A DNA stretch of 58,021 nt, the filler included, from Streblomastix strix (Eukaryota): assembly GCA_008636045.1 (NCBI GenBank). It is 3 parts of 3 records of this genome, joined end to end, with 100 filler letters (N's around TTAATTAATTAA, not from the genome) between each part and the next. Parts side by side here need not be neighbours in the genome. Positions count along the whole stretch, not along the records: positions 1 to 19,283 come from SNRW01000526.1; 2 more parts are not named here. The stretch is one strand, 5' to 3'. Both the position numbers and the translations under genes were made by a program. How positions within the stretch are numbered: the stretch's first letter is position 1; the number at the start of each line of letters is the position of its first letter. Below the pieces are notes generated by a model. The model saw only the letters and a list, made by a program, of their open reading frames with translations, made no database searches and was not told where the DNA came from. Shown here piece by piece: positions 1-13,437 of the stretch.

Positions 1-461
1 AATTTGTTTTTGCTCCTATCCAAAAATCTAATATGCTACGTATGACCGACTTCGCGCCTCACCATGGTAGATGCTTCAATTCTGATTTCAATTGGAGTGG
101 TATATCCTGATTATTCTATGGTTTGTAAACAATATTCAACTAACTTTCTTTCATCCTCTACTGAAAGAATTGCAGATTATTTTTTTTCAATAATTTTCTT
201 AGACGAATTACCCAACGTTCTGGATACCAAACTAGGATAACATTCAGCTGCTGCTGCAATATCAAGCTATGAAGGTATATCTACATCCATTTCTTACTAG
301 CACTTTTCTATAACTCTGATAGCATCAGTTTTAGTATGTGGATCACTTTCTTTAATGTACCATTATAACATCCAATAATCAAATGGTTCCATCTGTTTTT
401 CAAGCTTTTCCAAAAATTTAAGACTGTTAAATCCTTCATTTGGCACTTATTCTTTTTCCAT
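1..461 (-). pseudogene. pogo/Tc5-like transposase N-terminal HTH fragment (frameshifted, runs off contig end)
   Basis: Code-6 translation MEKEQVP...SQLDIAAAAECYPSLVSRTL (HTH-like). After a shift in the homopolymer at ~179-187 it reads ILSVEDERKLVEYCLQTIEQSGYTTPIEIRIEAS, resembling a CENP-B/Tc5 HTH. Confidence 0.5.
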
Positions 462-1140
462 TTTTGTTTGCAATATGAGACGAATCGTTTAGAAAAAATT
501 TTAAAATTTCAGGAACTACGACTACCTGTATGATATATCTAACGTAAAACAATGTGAATATTTTTTATATTTTTTGATTTTTAATGCAAATCTTTAAATT
601 ATCAACTTAGGTAATTGATATAAAATATATTTAAAATATTATAAAATATAAAAATCTAGTGGATTATCTGTGAATGGACTCACTTGCATATTAAAATAAT
701 AATATTTTATACAATAAAAAAAATTTAAAGTACTAATAATAATTAAATTAACATATTAAATATAATTTTATTTTAATTTTAAATCCAAAAGATGAAATCT
801 AGGTGAATCAAATGTCAATGTGTAATTAATTATAATATATGTTATTAAATTTTTTGTTTATATTTTCATTACATATTAAATAAAATTTATTTTATTTAAT
901 ATTAGTTACTTTAGGAAGAGTTATAACTTTTGCAATAAGAAAGTCTCCAACAATTCTGGACGAAGATCAAATGCAATCATTAACTTGCACATTTTTTCAT
1001 AATTCAATAGGTTGATATATGAGACCTTAACTAATCAAGAAAGCAACTAAGGATGTATCGGACGAATATGATACTTATGTATGAAAAATGCTTTAATTTG
1101 GAACTAGCGTCACTGGTTATTAGAACAAGTTTAAATTAGA

Positions 1141-1390
1141 GAATTTTTAGTTAAAGTTGTATTTCCAGAAATTCTTGAAGAATATAATAAAGTATAACGA
1201 AATGTCAAGAATTAAAAATAAAAGATCTTTTTTACTTTTAGATGAACAGAGCTCTAGAATAAATCCAAAATTGTGGACATTTGCCGCATTTATGAACATA
1301 GACGCTTTATGTTTACTTGCTCGCTAATCCACCGTTCTATGACCTAGCTATTGGGGAATAAATACCAGTTTTATGGTTTACGTTTAAAAT
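1141..1390 (+). pseudogene. Degenerate DDE_1 (pogo-family) transposase catalytic fragment
   Basis: KRSFLLLDEQSSRINPKLWTFAAFMNIDALCLLARQSTVL*PSYWGINTSF follows the LLLDGHSSH...NI..LP.H.TH.LQP.D.G.N..F pattern, with catalytic residues decayed and a TGA. Confidence 0.6.
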
Positions 1391-4300
1391 AGTGTTTAAT
1401 TTATTTTGAAATTTGGACAGTTCCAATAATAACATACTATCGTTTCATTCTTTTAATTTGTTACAATAACTGATTTTGGTTTTAATATTAAATTATTAAC
1501 AAATATGTGTGTAACAATTTGGTATTACTGAAATTTAAAATATATTTATATAAATTAAATATTTTAAATTTTATTAAATTAAAATTTAAAAAAAAATAAT
1601 AAATTTTTAAATAAAATGTATTTTTTATATTATTTAATTATTTTATGAAAAATAATCATTACATTTAAACCTATAATATTTTTAATTACTTATACTTTAA
1701 TTTTTGATTAAACTTGAACAATTTTTAAATTTTTTTCTTTCTTTGAACTTATAAAGCCAAAAAGAACTCTGCAATTTTAACAGATTCATTATTTAATGTT
1801 CTTTTAAAATTAATAAAATAATTTTTTCTATTTTTATTTAATAAGATTCATTTATGCATCAATATTATTAAACATATAAGATATTTTAAGATAAATTTAA
1901 TTCAGATTGAATGGAAAACCTTAAATAAGATGTTAGAAAAAAGAGAAAACAACCGATGGTATGCTTGATCTGTCATATATTGGCGCGATGTATTCACATG
2001 TTACTAAATCTACTTGGAAAAAGTCGTCATTGTATCTGTTTGATCTTGACTAAATAAAACTTTTATATGAATGCAATCTTACGCTAAAACAAAAAAAATC
2101 AGATAGATTCACATTTTCTGATTTGATGTTAATTAATAAAGATTTTTATCGATAAATGGGAAAATTATTCAATGATAAAAGATACAAAAAAGTAAGGAAA
2201 TTATTATTACAAGAGTTAAAAACAGATTAATCAATTAATTTCACTAAATACTGTTCAATTTCTTTTATTCTTTAATACACCAGGCCTTATATAAGCTTCA
2301 TAGCCGCTTAAATCCTTCCTCCAATTTATTTTCTACTATTCATTAAATTATCTACATAATTCTCATCATTTTCAATATAATTTTAATTAATACCAAACTT
2401 AATTTTCCAATTATCTTCAATATGTTTTTTTTAGTTTTTAATTGAGTTAGTTTTTCTATTCATTTGAATTTATTTTTAATTAATAGTTTATATTCTTAAA
2501 TTCAGATCTAATTAATTCAAAATAACTTATACATTTTATAATCAATTTAAATTCAAATCAGGTAACTAATCCTAAAGAATAGTTTGTTATGAAGAATCAA
2601 AATTTTAATGATGTTACGAAGATTATAATCAAACAGAAGAAGTAGAAGATGGGTTAAAAAATTGATTAAAACTATCTTTTCCTTGTTTTTATTGATGTTG
2701 AAGATACAACTGATTAATTATCAAAAAAAAGTGAATTTTTTGAAGAATGCGATTCATTCTGGTTTATAAGTTTCAATTTATGTTGCCATTTCTTTTGAAC
2801 TGCTGAATTATTTTTAAGGTCAACTAAATAAAAAAATTTAATAAAAAAATATATATTTTTTAGTAATTAAAGCAAAATTATTTGTATAAAAATTTAATAA
2901 AAATTTTATTAATAAATATTTATTTCTGAACCTTTTATTGCTATCCCAACATTCTTTATCTTTTATGCTAGGCATTATGTGAAAAGTCTTGCTTTTTCTA
3001 TCTGAATTTCACTTATTTATGATGATCGAAAAGTGAATTAATTAACTAGGCAAATTTACTATATTACAATAAAAGTTAATTGATCAAAAATATTATTTAA
3101 AAATAATTTTAATAAAATAATAAATTGTTTAATATAATATAATTGCAAACATATACTGACTATCTATCTAATTTTCATGCCCACGAACTATTATAATTAC
3201 ACGAATATTGACTAAAAAAATTTTATTTCTTTTTGATCTTCATTTTATTTACATTCCTCATGCAAATTTTCTATTACTATGACTCATCTACATTGTTCAA
3301 AAGCAAATAATTTAAAGTCCACAAATTCGTTCAAAATAGATAAAAAGAACTTAATAAAACAACTTATTTTCGGAATATTAAAAAAATATGGATTTAATTT
3401 GTTAATTTTATTTTAATGAGAATTAAAATTTCAATAAAAATAAATATTAACTCAAATGAAAAATATATGAAAATCAAGGTTTATAAGAGCATAAAAAATA
3501 GCAATCAATTTATTTCACCAAAAAACATACAAAAATAGATAAAATAAATGGAAAATAATATAAAACACTTGATAATAATTTCATATAAATAAGAAATAAA
3601 ATAAAATAAAATTGCTCCAAACAAAAACTGAATTTAATTTAAAATAAATTAGTCAAGAAATATAATAATTTTGACTCCATTTGGAATTTGTCAAAATGAT
3701 CATGAAACGGATTGAAATTTATTTTTTTAAATTAAAATTATTTTATAAATAAAATAATTTTGATATTCTTATTATTTATTAAAAACTAATGAAATTATAT
3801 CTGAAATTTATGCTTAAAGTAAATAATTAAATTAAATCTATCATTGTAGCACCAATCGACAGGAGTTCATTAATCATAAATAAAATTTTATAAAATAATA
3901 TAAAAATTAACTAGTAATATAAAAAATCACGTCAATCATTTCAAATATTCTCGAAAATTAAATTAATTTTATTCTCTGAGAATATAAAGCTGTCAAATAC
4001 GCAAATATTTAAGTCTTACATTTATTTTTATTTCATTTGACCTATTTTAATCCTTCAATTGATCTCTAATACTATCATTCCTTAGCTCATATTATTTGTG
4101 TTTCACTTTCCTTTTAATACATTCTCATCATTATAGCGTTGTTTTAAATATAAATTTCAATTTTTAAAGTCCGAACTGATGTATATCTAAAATCGTAAAT
4201 TTATAATATATTATAAATAAAACTTCAAATATTATTTAAATAATTTACTTTAAAACTAAATATTAAAATTTGACATTAAATTTTAAAGAATATTATGGAA

Positions 4301-5457
4301 TGTCTCAGTTGAAAAAATTTGATTTATTTTTTGGGCTATTTTTAAATTGATTGCAAATCTTAAAATATGCAATTTAAACAATTAATATTAAAATTATTTT
4401 AAATAACATAAAGTAGAAAAACTTAAAGGAGTTATATTGAATAGAAACACCCACATCATCATTATAATATTATTATATAATTAAATGTTAGAAATTAAAA
4501 AATCTCAAATGACATGAATCGGATTAAAAAATCTTTTATTTACAATTAATTTGTTGTAGTATAAACTATTAAAAAAATAATTAAATAATTAAATAGTAAT
4601 TAATTTAAATTAATTTAATTACAAATATATTTTTTTAACTTAGTTTTTAGAAACATGCCAAATATAATTATTAAATAAATGAATCATTTTCAACTATTTC
4701 TTAAATTTAATTAAAAAATATCCATTTTGCATTAAAATTTGAATTACCCAATTAAATACTCGAATGTATCAGTCCTCCCAGGGGTAGTTTATAAAATTCA
4801 ACTTAATTCTTTTTCAAAAATCAATAGTTTAAAATAACTAATAAAAAAATTTTTTTTGATTTAAAATTAATATTAAAAAATGTAAATAAAAAGAGAATTA
4901 TGAATATTTGTGAAAAGTTAAATATAAAATATATCAATTTATTAAAAATCTTATTGAAAAGTGAAAATTTTATAAATGAATGTATATGAAATAGAAAATA
5001 ATATTTTTTAATTAAATTTATAAAAAAAATTTAAATTCAAAATAAAAATATAACAATAAATAAAGTTATATATCAATTTTAGTTATTTATTAAAATACAA
5101 CAAATCTATGGATAATCTATAAAAGATCAATTTTATATTAAATATTTTATTAATTTCAAGAGATAGAGTATACAATTTTTTGAACCTATGATTTTCCGTA
5201 TGAATTTACCCTCATTCTACCACGCCAAATCACTATAACCATTAACGCATAAATTAGTCACAATCACTAGTCAAATGATATAGTCAATTTTACTTAAATA
5301 TCCGTAACGGAGAGCACTAATTTTATCCTGATAATTGGAATCATAATCCCCACAGCCAATGCATATTATTATTTTTTATGAATAGTGTATAAAAATAATA
5401 GGTAAAAATTAATATTATTATCTATTATGATTATTATTTTTTTTTGTTTCCTAATAA

Positions 5458-8400
5458 ACGTCTAAGTTAACAAAACCACAAGTTTTTTAATTAATGGCTA
5501 TTGTTAGACCAATCAATGAATCAGTGAATTATGGTCCGTTATATAATGAATTAGTTACTAAATTAAAGGATTTATATTACACAGGAAGTAGAACAAACTT
5601 TGATAATGTGCGACAATTTCTTGAGTAATAATTAGGATAACTATATAACTAACTTATGTAAGAAAATGATGTCAATTAATCAGATTTCATAAGTAAGTTA
5701 TTTGATAGATAACATCAACTTTTCATTAATGAATTCGACGTTAATAGAATATATAATGATAGAATTAATAAAGCAAAATAGAGATTAAGTGTATATGATA
5801 ATATAGATTAATTCAAAGTTAAACAGTTTGATGTTGATAGGATATATAAAGATAAAATCAATAAAATTAAACGTAGCCTCAATCAATAATTGATGGAAAA
5901 TGAGGATGATATTTCTAACGCAATTTCAACAATTGAGAATTTAAAAAGGGTAAATAAATTATCATAAATTGCATAACAATTATTTGATGTTGAAACTGAA
6001 GAGGAAGCAATTAAAGCAATAAAGAGGGTAAGTAAATTCAAAAATAATGAAGCAATTGCTGAAGTTGTTTATGATGAAATTAATTATAAACTTCATTACT
6101 TTAATAAACTAACTCAATAAGAGCAACTGTCTTAATATGCAGATAAAGTATATGATTCGTACAAAGGACTTCCGTTTAAAGTTCAAATTGATTTTGGAGT
6201 TCAATTATAAGAAAAACTTGATGGAAATAATTATAAATATTCATGTAGAATACCTTCACTAGATAATGCTTTCAAACATAAATAATCAACTATAAGTGAC
6301 AAGAAGTCACTAGAATAATTCAAAGTAGATATGTTCAAATAGTTGAGAGAAATGATGGAATGAACATATGAAGACACTAGAAATCTGATAGTTGGAATAT
6401 TTAGCGTAATGTTTGCTACTTATAAATTAATAGATACTAGAGCAAGAATGCCATATCTTGATAAGCATGTAAAATAACACTCAGTTCATTATATAGATTC
6501 AGATTATAAAATATGTTTCTTTATTGCAATATCCTATAGAATAAGAGGTGAAATTGACAAAAAGGTTGATCATCATTCAGTAATAACTTTTGCTAAACAA
6601 TTATTCGCATACTTTTATAAAATTAAAGGAAAATATTACCTGTTTGAGTACTTATATAATAATGCAGCTAAGAAAGACTAGTCTCTTAACAAATATCTAT
6701 AGGATTACTAAGGATTCAATATCTCGACTGAAATGACTAAATTTACAGATACATTCAATCTTGTTGTTAACATATACACTTATCATGAAGGGTTAGAAGG
6801 GAAAACAGGTTAATATAGACTATTTAATTCATATGGTGAACTTAATAATGAATCAATGACTTTAGACTTATTACTCATTAGTGATGGGACTGAGCAGCAC
6901 GCAATGTATCTATCTAATGTTGAAAAGCTAACAGGTGTTCTTATATGTCCTTACTGCCATGATTATGTTACAATATTATCAAACACTAACAAAAGAGCTA
7001 ATGAGTATTTCAGTACTCATGTGGAAAAATGTAAATAATCAACTCATGAGCCATCAATCTTATTACATGACGTTCCAATGCCTATATGTCCCGCGCTATT
7101 AAATCACCCTACAGTAGAGTATTTAATGGCTTATGGAATAATGAATTAATTTAAAGCATAGCGAGGATTCATAACAAATGACTTTGAGACATTAAGCGAT
7201 TAAGTTATGAAAAATATTACAGATTAAACAACATTACTCTCATAATTATCTAAATTATCAATTGCTTCAACAGAAGTGTTTCCCAATTAAGACAAATCAT
7301 ATGAATTAAATAAGAGATGTTATACATTATTCGATGAATAAGCTAATGATTATTAAGATTAATTAGAGAATTATGGACTGCCATCCAATTCATCATTAGT
7401 TCATTTATGGCTCGCATAAACTTTCGAATCAGCAGAATAGATATATTAATGTATGAAGTATGATGATGAAAATATTCCTTTTGACAAATGTGTTAAAGTA
7501 CTGGGATGGAATAGTTCAAGATTTGATATTGCTCTGTTATGGGATGCATTAGATTGTGAACTTTGGACAATGGGTGTACCTATTGGTGATCTCAATAATA
7601 CTAAATCAATTACAGTAACAAACAAGAAGTCACACATGAAGTTACAATTTATTGATGCTGAGAATTTATTTGGACCAATGACATTAAAAGCTTGCGTTAA
7701 AGATTAAGGAGATAAAACTGAACATAAAGATGTATTTCCTTATGAAATTATTAACTCAAAGAATTGGAACGAAGTATTAATGAAAACAGAACCATTTGAA
7801 TATGAAGATTTCAAGTCATAGCTTAAGGGAGGTTGTTCTATCATTAAAGATGAATATGATTAATATTTGATAGATTTTAAAAGGTTCACCAACAGATTAG
7901 AATATCTCAAATACTATAACATTAACTATACGGAAATTATGGTTAAGCCATTAATGAATTTGATTGATACATTTGAATAATTCAATATTGATGTTTTGCC
8001 CTATATTTCAATTGCTTCATGTGCGTATGCAACGAAACACTATTCAACATACTTTCCTTCTAAATTCAATCTTGAAAGTGACAAATAAACATATTACTCT
8101 GATTTTGATATAAACGCTGACTACTCCAATCCAAATCCTAATGCGAAACCTTTTATATTAACAGCAGGGTATTGGAAGAATAAATCCTATCACTACAAGT
8201 AACAAGATTACAAAGCAGGTAGAGAAACAGAGAAAAGTGTAACAGCTGATGATTATGATTACTACAAAAAGTTGTTTGAAGCATCAGTATGTTCAATTTG
8301 TAGTGCAAAATTCACTTATTATAATCCTCCGAGTTTAGATAGATAAGACAATGAACTTCCTCATACTAAAGAAAACTGTTTGCCTGTATGTGTTTCATGT

Positions 8401-10031
8401 AATATAGCGCATGCAAATAGAGATCCAAAAATAGCATCATTACATATCAAGATGAGATAGTATGCAATTAAACACAATTTACCTATGACATTTAGTGATG
8501 AGAGAATATATAAATTACTTCGAGAATGTATTACAGGCGGTCTTGCAGCGGAATTTCATAGAGAGAATGTCGCAAGTAAGACTCATATAAATGAATTAAC
8601 TTATGATGAATAATCAAACAAAGTGATCTCATAAGATAATGAAAACGAAGTTACCCATGTATTTGCTCTTGATGGAAATAGCCTTTATCCCAGTTCATAT
8701 TCATCAGTCAAAAATGAAAATATCCCTTATACTGATCATAGAATGTATATGGCAGGCAGATCGAGATTTTATTCAGAAAAACCATATGTAATCAAAAACT
8801 GCATAGATTAGAGAAAAGAGATATTTGTAGCAAAAGTCAAAAGCTACTTTCCTAAATCAGAGTACAATAACCTTCTTCCACTTCCCCCCAATCTTTAGAA
8901 ACATTGAGATTGAAAACAAGGAAGAAGTAATTGGTGAATATATGTATTCATAAGCGCAAAACCATTCACTTCCAATGTCAAAAAAAGATAGAAAACTAAC
9001 AACATTACTCGACACTAATGGATAATATATGGTGTTTAATAACTATTATCTTTGGCTTCTTATTGATCTCGGTTTCGTGATTACTGACTACAAATCTGTT
9101 GCAGTCTTTGAGAAAAATGCGGCTTATGAGCCTTTCGTTAGAACAATGATGAATTTACGAATATAAGCTATATTAGCAGGGTCATCTAAAGAGAAATTAT
9201 ATAAACTTATAATTAACGCATCATATGGATATGATACACTAAATACAGAGAAGTTTGGAAAGATAAAGATGTTAGATAAAGCTGATACTTTCATTGCATA
9301 ACATCATCCTAATCACATTGGTATCAGAAGGATTAGTGCTAATACATTTGCAGTATAAATTAAAACTAAGACAGCGACTTGTTTTACATCAATTTAATCA
9401 GGAGTTTTTACCTTAGATAATGCGAAATATTGGTATCTCAATTATATATATAACTTCATGTATAAATGTCTAGACAGCAAACGATTTCATTTTGTTCTTG
9501 CAGATATTGATTCAATCTATATAGCAATAGCAAGAGACTCAAGTAAAGACTGTCATTAATAATTTGAATCAATAGTAACAGATAAACAGTTCTATGACTA
9601 ACATGTATACTAGTATTTACCTGATCCTAATAAAGATATCTATGACTAAAAAAAAGATACTCGGATTTGGGATTGAAAATGAAGGATATGAACTTACATC
9701 ATTAGGACCTAAGTGCTATTCAATGATTGCAAATTAATGGAACAAAGAAAAATAGCAATATGAATTTAAACCAAAAATAACATCTAAAGGAATTAGCAAC
9801 ACACAACAAATATCTCATAATGATTACGTTAATGTAATTACTAAAGATATAGTGAAGAAAGGTATTAATGGAACATTAAAAATGAACGATAATGTTATGA
9901 GCAGCATTTAAGTAGAAAAGTATGCACTAACTGGGTTCAATAATAAATCAATAGTACTTAGGAATTAATGCTGTTGTCCGTATATTAAAGGATTGACAGC
10001 AAAAGATTATTCAATCAAAGATTAATAATGA
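5458..10031 (+). pseudogene. Protein-primed family B DNA polymerase with internal endonuclease-VII-like domain (copy A)
   Basis: Motifs: ExoI NDFET, ExoII GWNSSRFD, CSIC..LDRQDN..H..NC..CVSCN, motif A DGNSLYP, motif B KLIINASYG, motif C ADIDS (DTDS mutated). Lesions: start ATG>ACG, TGA at 6361, +1 shifts at ~8886 and ~9650. Confidence 0.9.
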
Positions 10032-10062
10032 ATTATTATTATTTTTTTTATTTTAATCTAAA

Positions 10063-10473
10063 ATGGAAACCATATAGCAATATCTAACTCAAATTGATGC
10101 AAACAATAAAATGATTGAGGAATTAATGAAAAAGAAGGAGTAACTATAAGAAATTATTAATAAATAGTAATTCTCTAACGAACATCGGTTCGCTGGCATA
10201 AATGCTAATAACTATAGCCTTAATCGAAAACCAAATCATATTAGTGGTGAAATAAATAACACTTTCGGCGACATTAGAGATACCGACAACAGAGCTAGCA
10301 CTTTCATTGATATGAGAAGAATACTTAAAAATAGTATATAAAATGAATTACATTGGATTAATTGTAATAACACTAGTTATAACAGATTTCATAACGCATT
10401 AATGGAATATGATGAAATTAGATATAATTATTAGCAATAATTAGAAGATCTTCTTGATAAAATAGATGATTGA
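10063..10473 (+). CDS. Hypothetical 136-aa element protein
   Basis: Open ATG..TGA in code 6; homologue of equal length at 13000-13410(-). Confidence 0.7.
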
Positions 10474-10521
10474 AACCGTAGGTTTGAGCTCTGCTAATTA
10501 GTTTATTTTTGTATTAATGAA

Positions 10522-10665
10522 ATGACTCTCTTTGAACCACTTACTGCAAATATAACGGTCGCAATTGAAGCACTTGAATCACTCCATATTGATTGGCATG
10601 CTATTTTGAAAGCAATTTATGAGGCAGGAATCAAGTTCGCTTGTGAATCTAAATTATGCAAATGA
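10522..10665 (+). CDS. Hypothetical 47-aa element protein (MTLFEPLTAN...CESKLCK)
   Basis: Conserved with the same length at 12833-12976(-). Confidence 0.6.
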   Translation: MTLFEPLTANITVAIEALESLHIDWHAILKAIYEAGIKFACESKLCK

Positions 10666-10713
10666 ATAATTAAGTAAGATAGATATTATTTTTATTTTTT
10701 ATCTTTGAAAAAT

Positions 10714-11303
10714 ATGTCATAATAAGAAACAGAATTCATTACTCTTAAAGCTAATAGTGAATTTGAAATCTCAGCACATGAACCATGGATTATGCGGAGA
10801 AAAGTAGATGGATTTATTCCTAAATTCGGTAAAACTAATAGTTGATATTTGCGTGGAAGGCTTGGTGAATAAATGTATTCATTACACAGATTAGTTGCCG
10901 AACAATTTGTTGCAAATGATGATCCAATTAATAAGACATAAATCGATCACAAAAATGGAGTTAAAACAGATAATAGTATAGAAAGTTTACGTTGGGTGAA
11001 TAATAGTGCTAATTAGAAAAAAATAAGTCGAAACACAACGCTGATGTTTAATATGAATATGTTAATGAAGTTCCTGATGACGCTATTACTATTAATGATT
11101 AAGGAAAACATAGATTTGAATTCTATTCTTATAGTTAATAGACAGATAAATTTTATTACTATAACGGCTTAAAATATAGAATACTACACATCAATGAGAT
11201 AAAATAAAATGGATCATTATTTGTTCACGCTTATGACACTAAAAATGATTTAATAAAAATTTGTATCAATAAATTCAAAAGACTGTACAATATAATTAAT
11301 TGA
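10714..11303 (+). pseudogene. HNH endonuclease
   Basis: LHRLVAEQFV...IDHKNGVKTDNSIESLRWV..SAN; internal TGA at ~10843 and a frameshift at ~11020. Confidence 0.85.
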
Positions 11304-11373
11304 AATTATGCAAAATAATAAATGAGAAAACTAGATATAATTATTTTTTTTTACTTTTTTATCCATATTATAA

Positions 11374-11727
11374 ATGACATAGACAGAAACTCAGACTTAA
11401 TCCATTAAAATAAAATCACCTGCTGAATAGAGAAAAAGTCGTTTTATTAATAATCAACTTAAATATGACTTTGTCTTTCAACTCCCTGATGACGCTTTTC
11501 GTATTGAACATTACGATAGTAGTCGTGGGTACTATGAGTTTTAAAATTAATATTACTATAGTTAACGGACAGATAAATTTTACTCGCGTAACTATTTGAT
11601 ATTACCTACTAGTGTATAAAAGAAAACTGAGGCATAAATTGTTTATTTGACTGATACAAATGATCATAGAGTAGCTGTAAATATCAATAAATTCAAAAGA
11701 TAACACAATTTCATGAAATTGAACTGA
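11374..11727 (+). CDS. Stand-alone homologue of the HNH protein C-terminal domain (117 aa)
   Basis: LPDDA..YYSQRTDKFY..INKFKR aligns with VPDDA..YSQQTDKFY..INKFKR of the upstream HNH gene, but there is no HNH motif. Confidence 0.7.
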
Positions 11728-11755
11728 TTATTTTTGCTTACTTCCTATAAATTAA

Positions 11756-12727
11756 ATGGCATCAAGACAGATACAATAACTTTATCAATAGAAAAATTTA
11801 GATTCATATACGCTAGCTTATTAAAATTTATATGATTTTGATAACACGAATAATGTTATATTAACAAAGGAATAGATGAAGAAATTATTAGATAAAGATT
11901 CTGATAACATGCTAATTGAAAATGGATATTATTATACTACTTACTTAACAAATGATGATTATAATAGATTATTGGGTAAGTATAAGAGTTGGACTGAGGA
12001 TGAAAATCCAGATATGTATAAATTTATCATCCCATAGGAGTAAACTGATTAATAAATTGCTTAAGCAAGATTTCGAACAACTGTAAAGCATTAGCCATAA
12101 TCAATATCTTAATCAATTTTACCATAAATTCAAGTCTATTAGCCAATCAGAATTAATTAACAGTAATTGAATACTCTAACTATTTAATAGTTGAAACCAA
12201 ATGCTAAAAAACCAACCTAATCAATTAATTCTGTTAATGAACTTAATAAATTAAAGTGGGAGGTAATGGATACAGTTAGTGAATAGGAGTAATTCAATTT
12301 AGATAATGATATAGATCCAAACACAAAAATAAATGCAATGCTTTAAAAAGAAAACATTAATACAAAGCAATCATTTTATATCAGTTTTCTGAATCATAAA
12401 TTCAATTAAAAGCAGTTCAAAGTATTGGACTAAATAGCACAAACTATTAACTTTGTTGACTAATCTCTTAGCTAATGGTATGACTAATACATCTTGTAAT
12501 ATTCCGAGAAACATCCATAGAAAATTTATTCTTAACATAAGCCAAAGAAATCAAAAAAGTTAGCGAAAGATGAATTATACCAAGAGATAACATAAAAGCA
12601 ATTTCCCTTCAAATCAAAGTATGATGTTATCAGTAAAGCTAATTACTATGATATCCCAACACACTAAACTAAGAACTAATTTGATATTTATCCTTAGACT
12701 AATACTCTTGAACCACATGACTATTAA
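11756..12727 (+). CDS. Q-rich hypothetical protein truncated at the A/B junction
   Basis: More than 320 open codons in code 6 (MASRQIQQLYQ...EPHDYQ) running into inverted segment B. Confidence 0.55.
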
Positions 12728-12781
12728 CTCAAAATCATTATTAGCTTTAAGAGTAACGTATTCTGTTTCTGTCTATGTCAT
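12728..12781 (-). pseudogene. 18-codon stub of the segment B HNH gene
   Basis: MTQTETEYVTLKANNDFE matches MSQQETEFITLKANSEFE at 10714, then similarity stops abruptly. Confidence 0.7.
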
Positions 12782-12832
12782 TTATAATCGCATAAAAAAC
12801 TAAAAAATAATAATATCTATCTTATTTTTTAT

Positions 12833-12976
12833 TCATTTGCATAATTACGATTCACAGGCGAACTTGATTCATGCCTCATAAATTGCTTTCCAAATAGCAT
12901 GCCAATCAATTAGGAGTGATTCAAGTGCTTCAATTGTAATGGATATATTTGCAGATAGTGGTTCAAAGAGAGTCAT
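12833..12976 (-). CDS. Hypothetical 47-aa protein (paralogue of 10522-10665)
   Basis: Direct homology, intact frame. Confidence 0.6.
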
Positions 12977-12999
12977 TTTGATTACGAAAAATAAACGAA

Positions 13000-13410
13000 T
13001 CATTCATCTATATTATCAAGAAGATCTTCAAATTATTTCTAATAATTATATCTAATTTCATCATATTCCATTAATGCGTTATGTTCTCTGTTATAACTAG
13101 TATTATTACAATTTATATAATGTAATTCATTTTTTATACCATCTTTAAGAATTCTTCTCATATCAATGAAAGGACTAATTTCAGCATGCAAATCAAGTTT
13201 GCCGCAAATCGGAGATTTGTTCATACCATCACTACTACGATTTGGTTTTCGATTGAAGTTAAAGTTATTAAAGAATTACTATTGATTAATAATTTCTTAT
13301 TGTTACTCTTTCTTTTTCATTAATTCGTCAATCCTTTTATTGTTTGCATCAATTTGAGTTAGATATTGCTATATGGTTTGACTTTTGTCTAGATTCTTCG
13401 AATATTCCAT
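13000..13410 (-). CDS. Hypothetical 136-aa protein (paralogue of 10063-10473)
   Basis: Direct homology; contains supplied ORF 13039-13224. Confidence 0.7.
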
Positions 13411-13437
13411 TTTAGACTAAAATAAAAAAATAATAAT

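Larger units (their letters stand above)
5150..12727 (+). mobile_element. Decayed Polinton/Maverick-like segment A
   Basis: Dense intronless co-oriented ORFs (pPolB, small ORFs, HNH); ~5150-10770 is homologous to inverted segment B. No terminal repeat recognised. Confidence 0.8.

Noticed and set aside
1700..2463. Long minus-strand open frame in code 6
   Set aside because: No recognisable motif, and open frames arise easily with a single stop codon in AT-rich DNA.
570..4560. Weak similarity between ~570-830 and ~4340-4560
   Set aside because: Very AT-rich; cannot be separated from compositional similarity by eye.
6361..6363. TGA read-through (Trp or Sec) in element genes
   Set aside because: The paralogue has an Arg codon here, frameshifts co-occur, and TGA terminates the intact genes; these are lesions.
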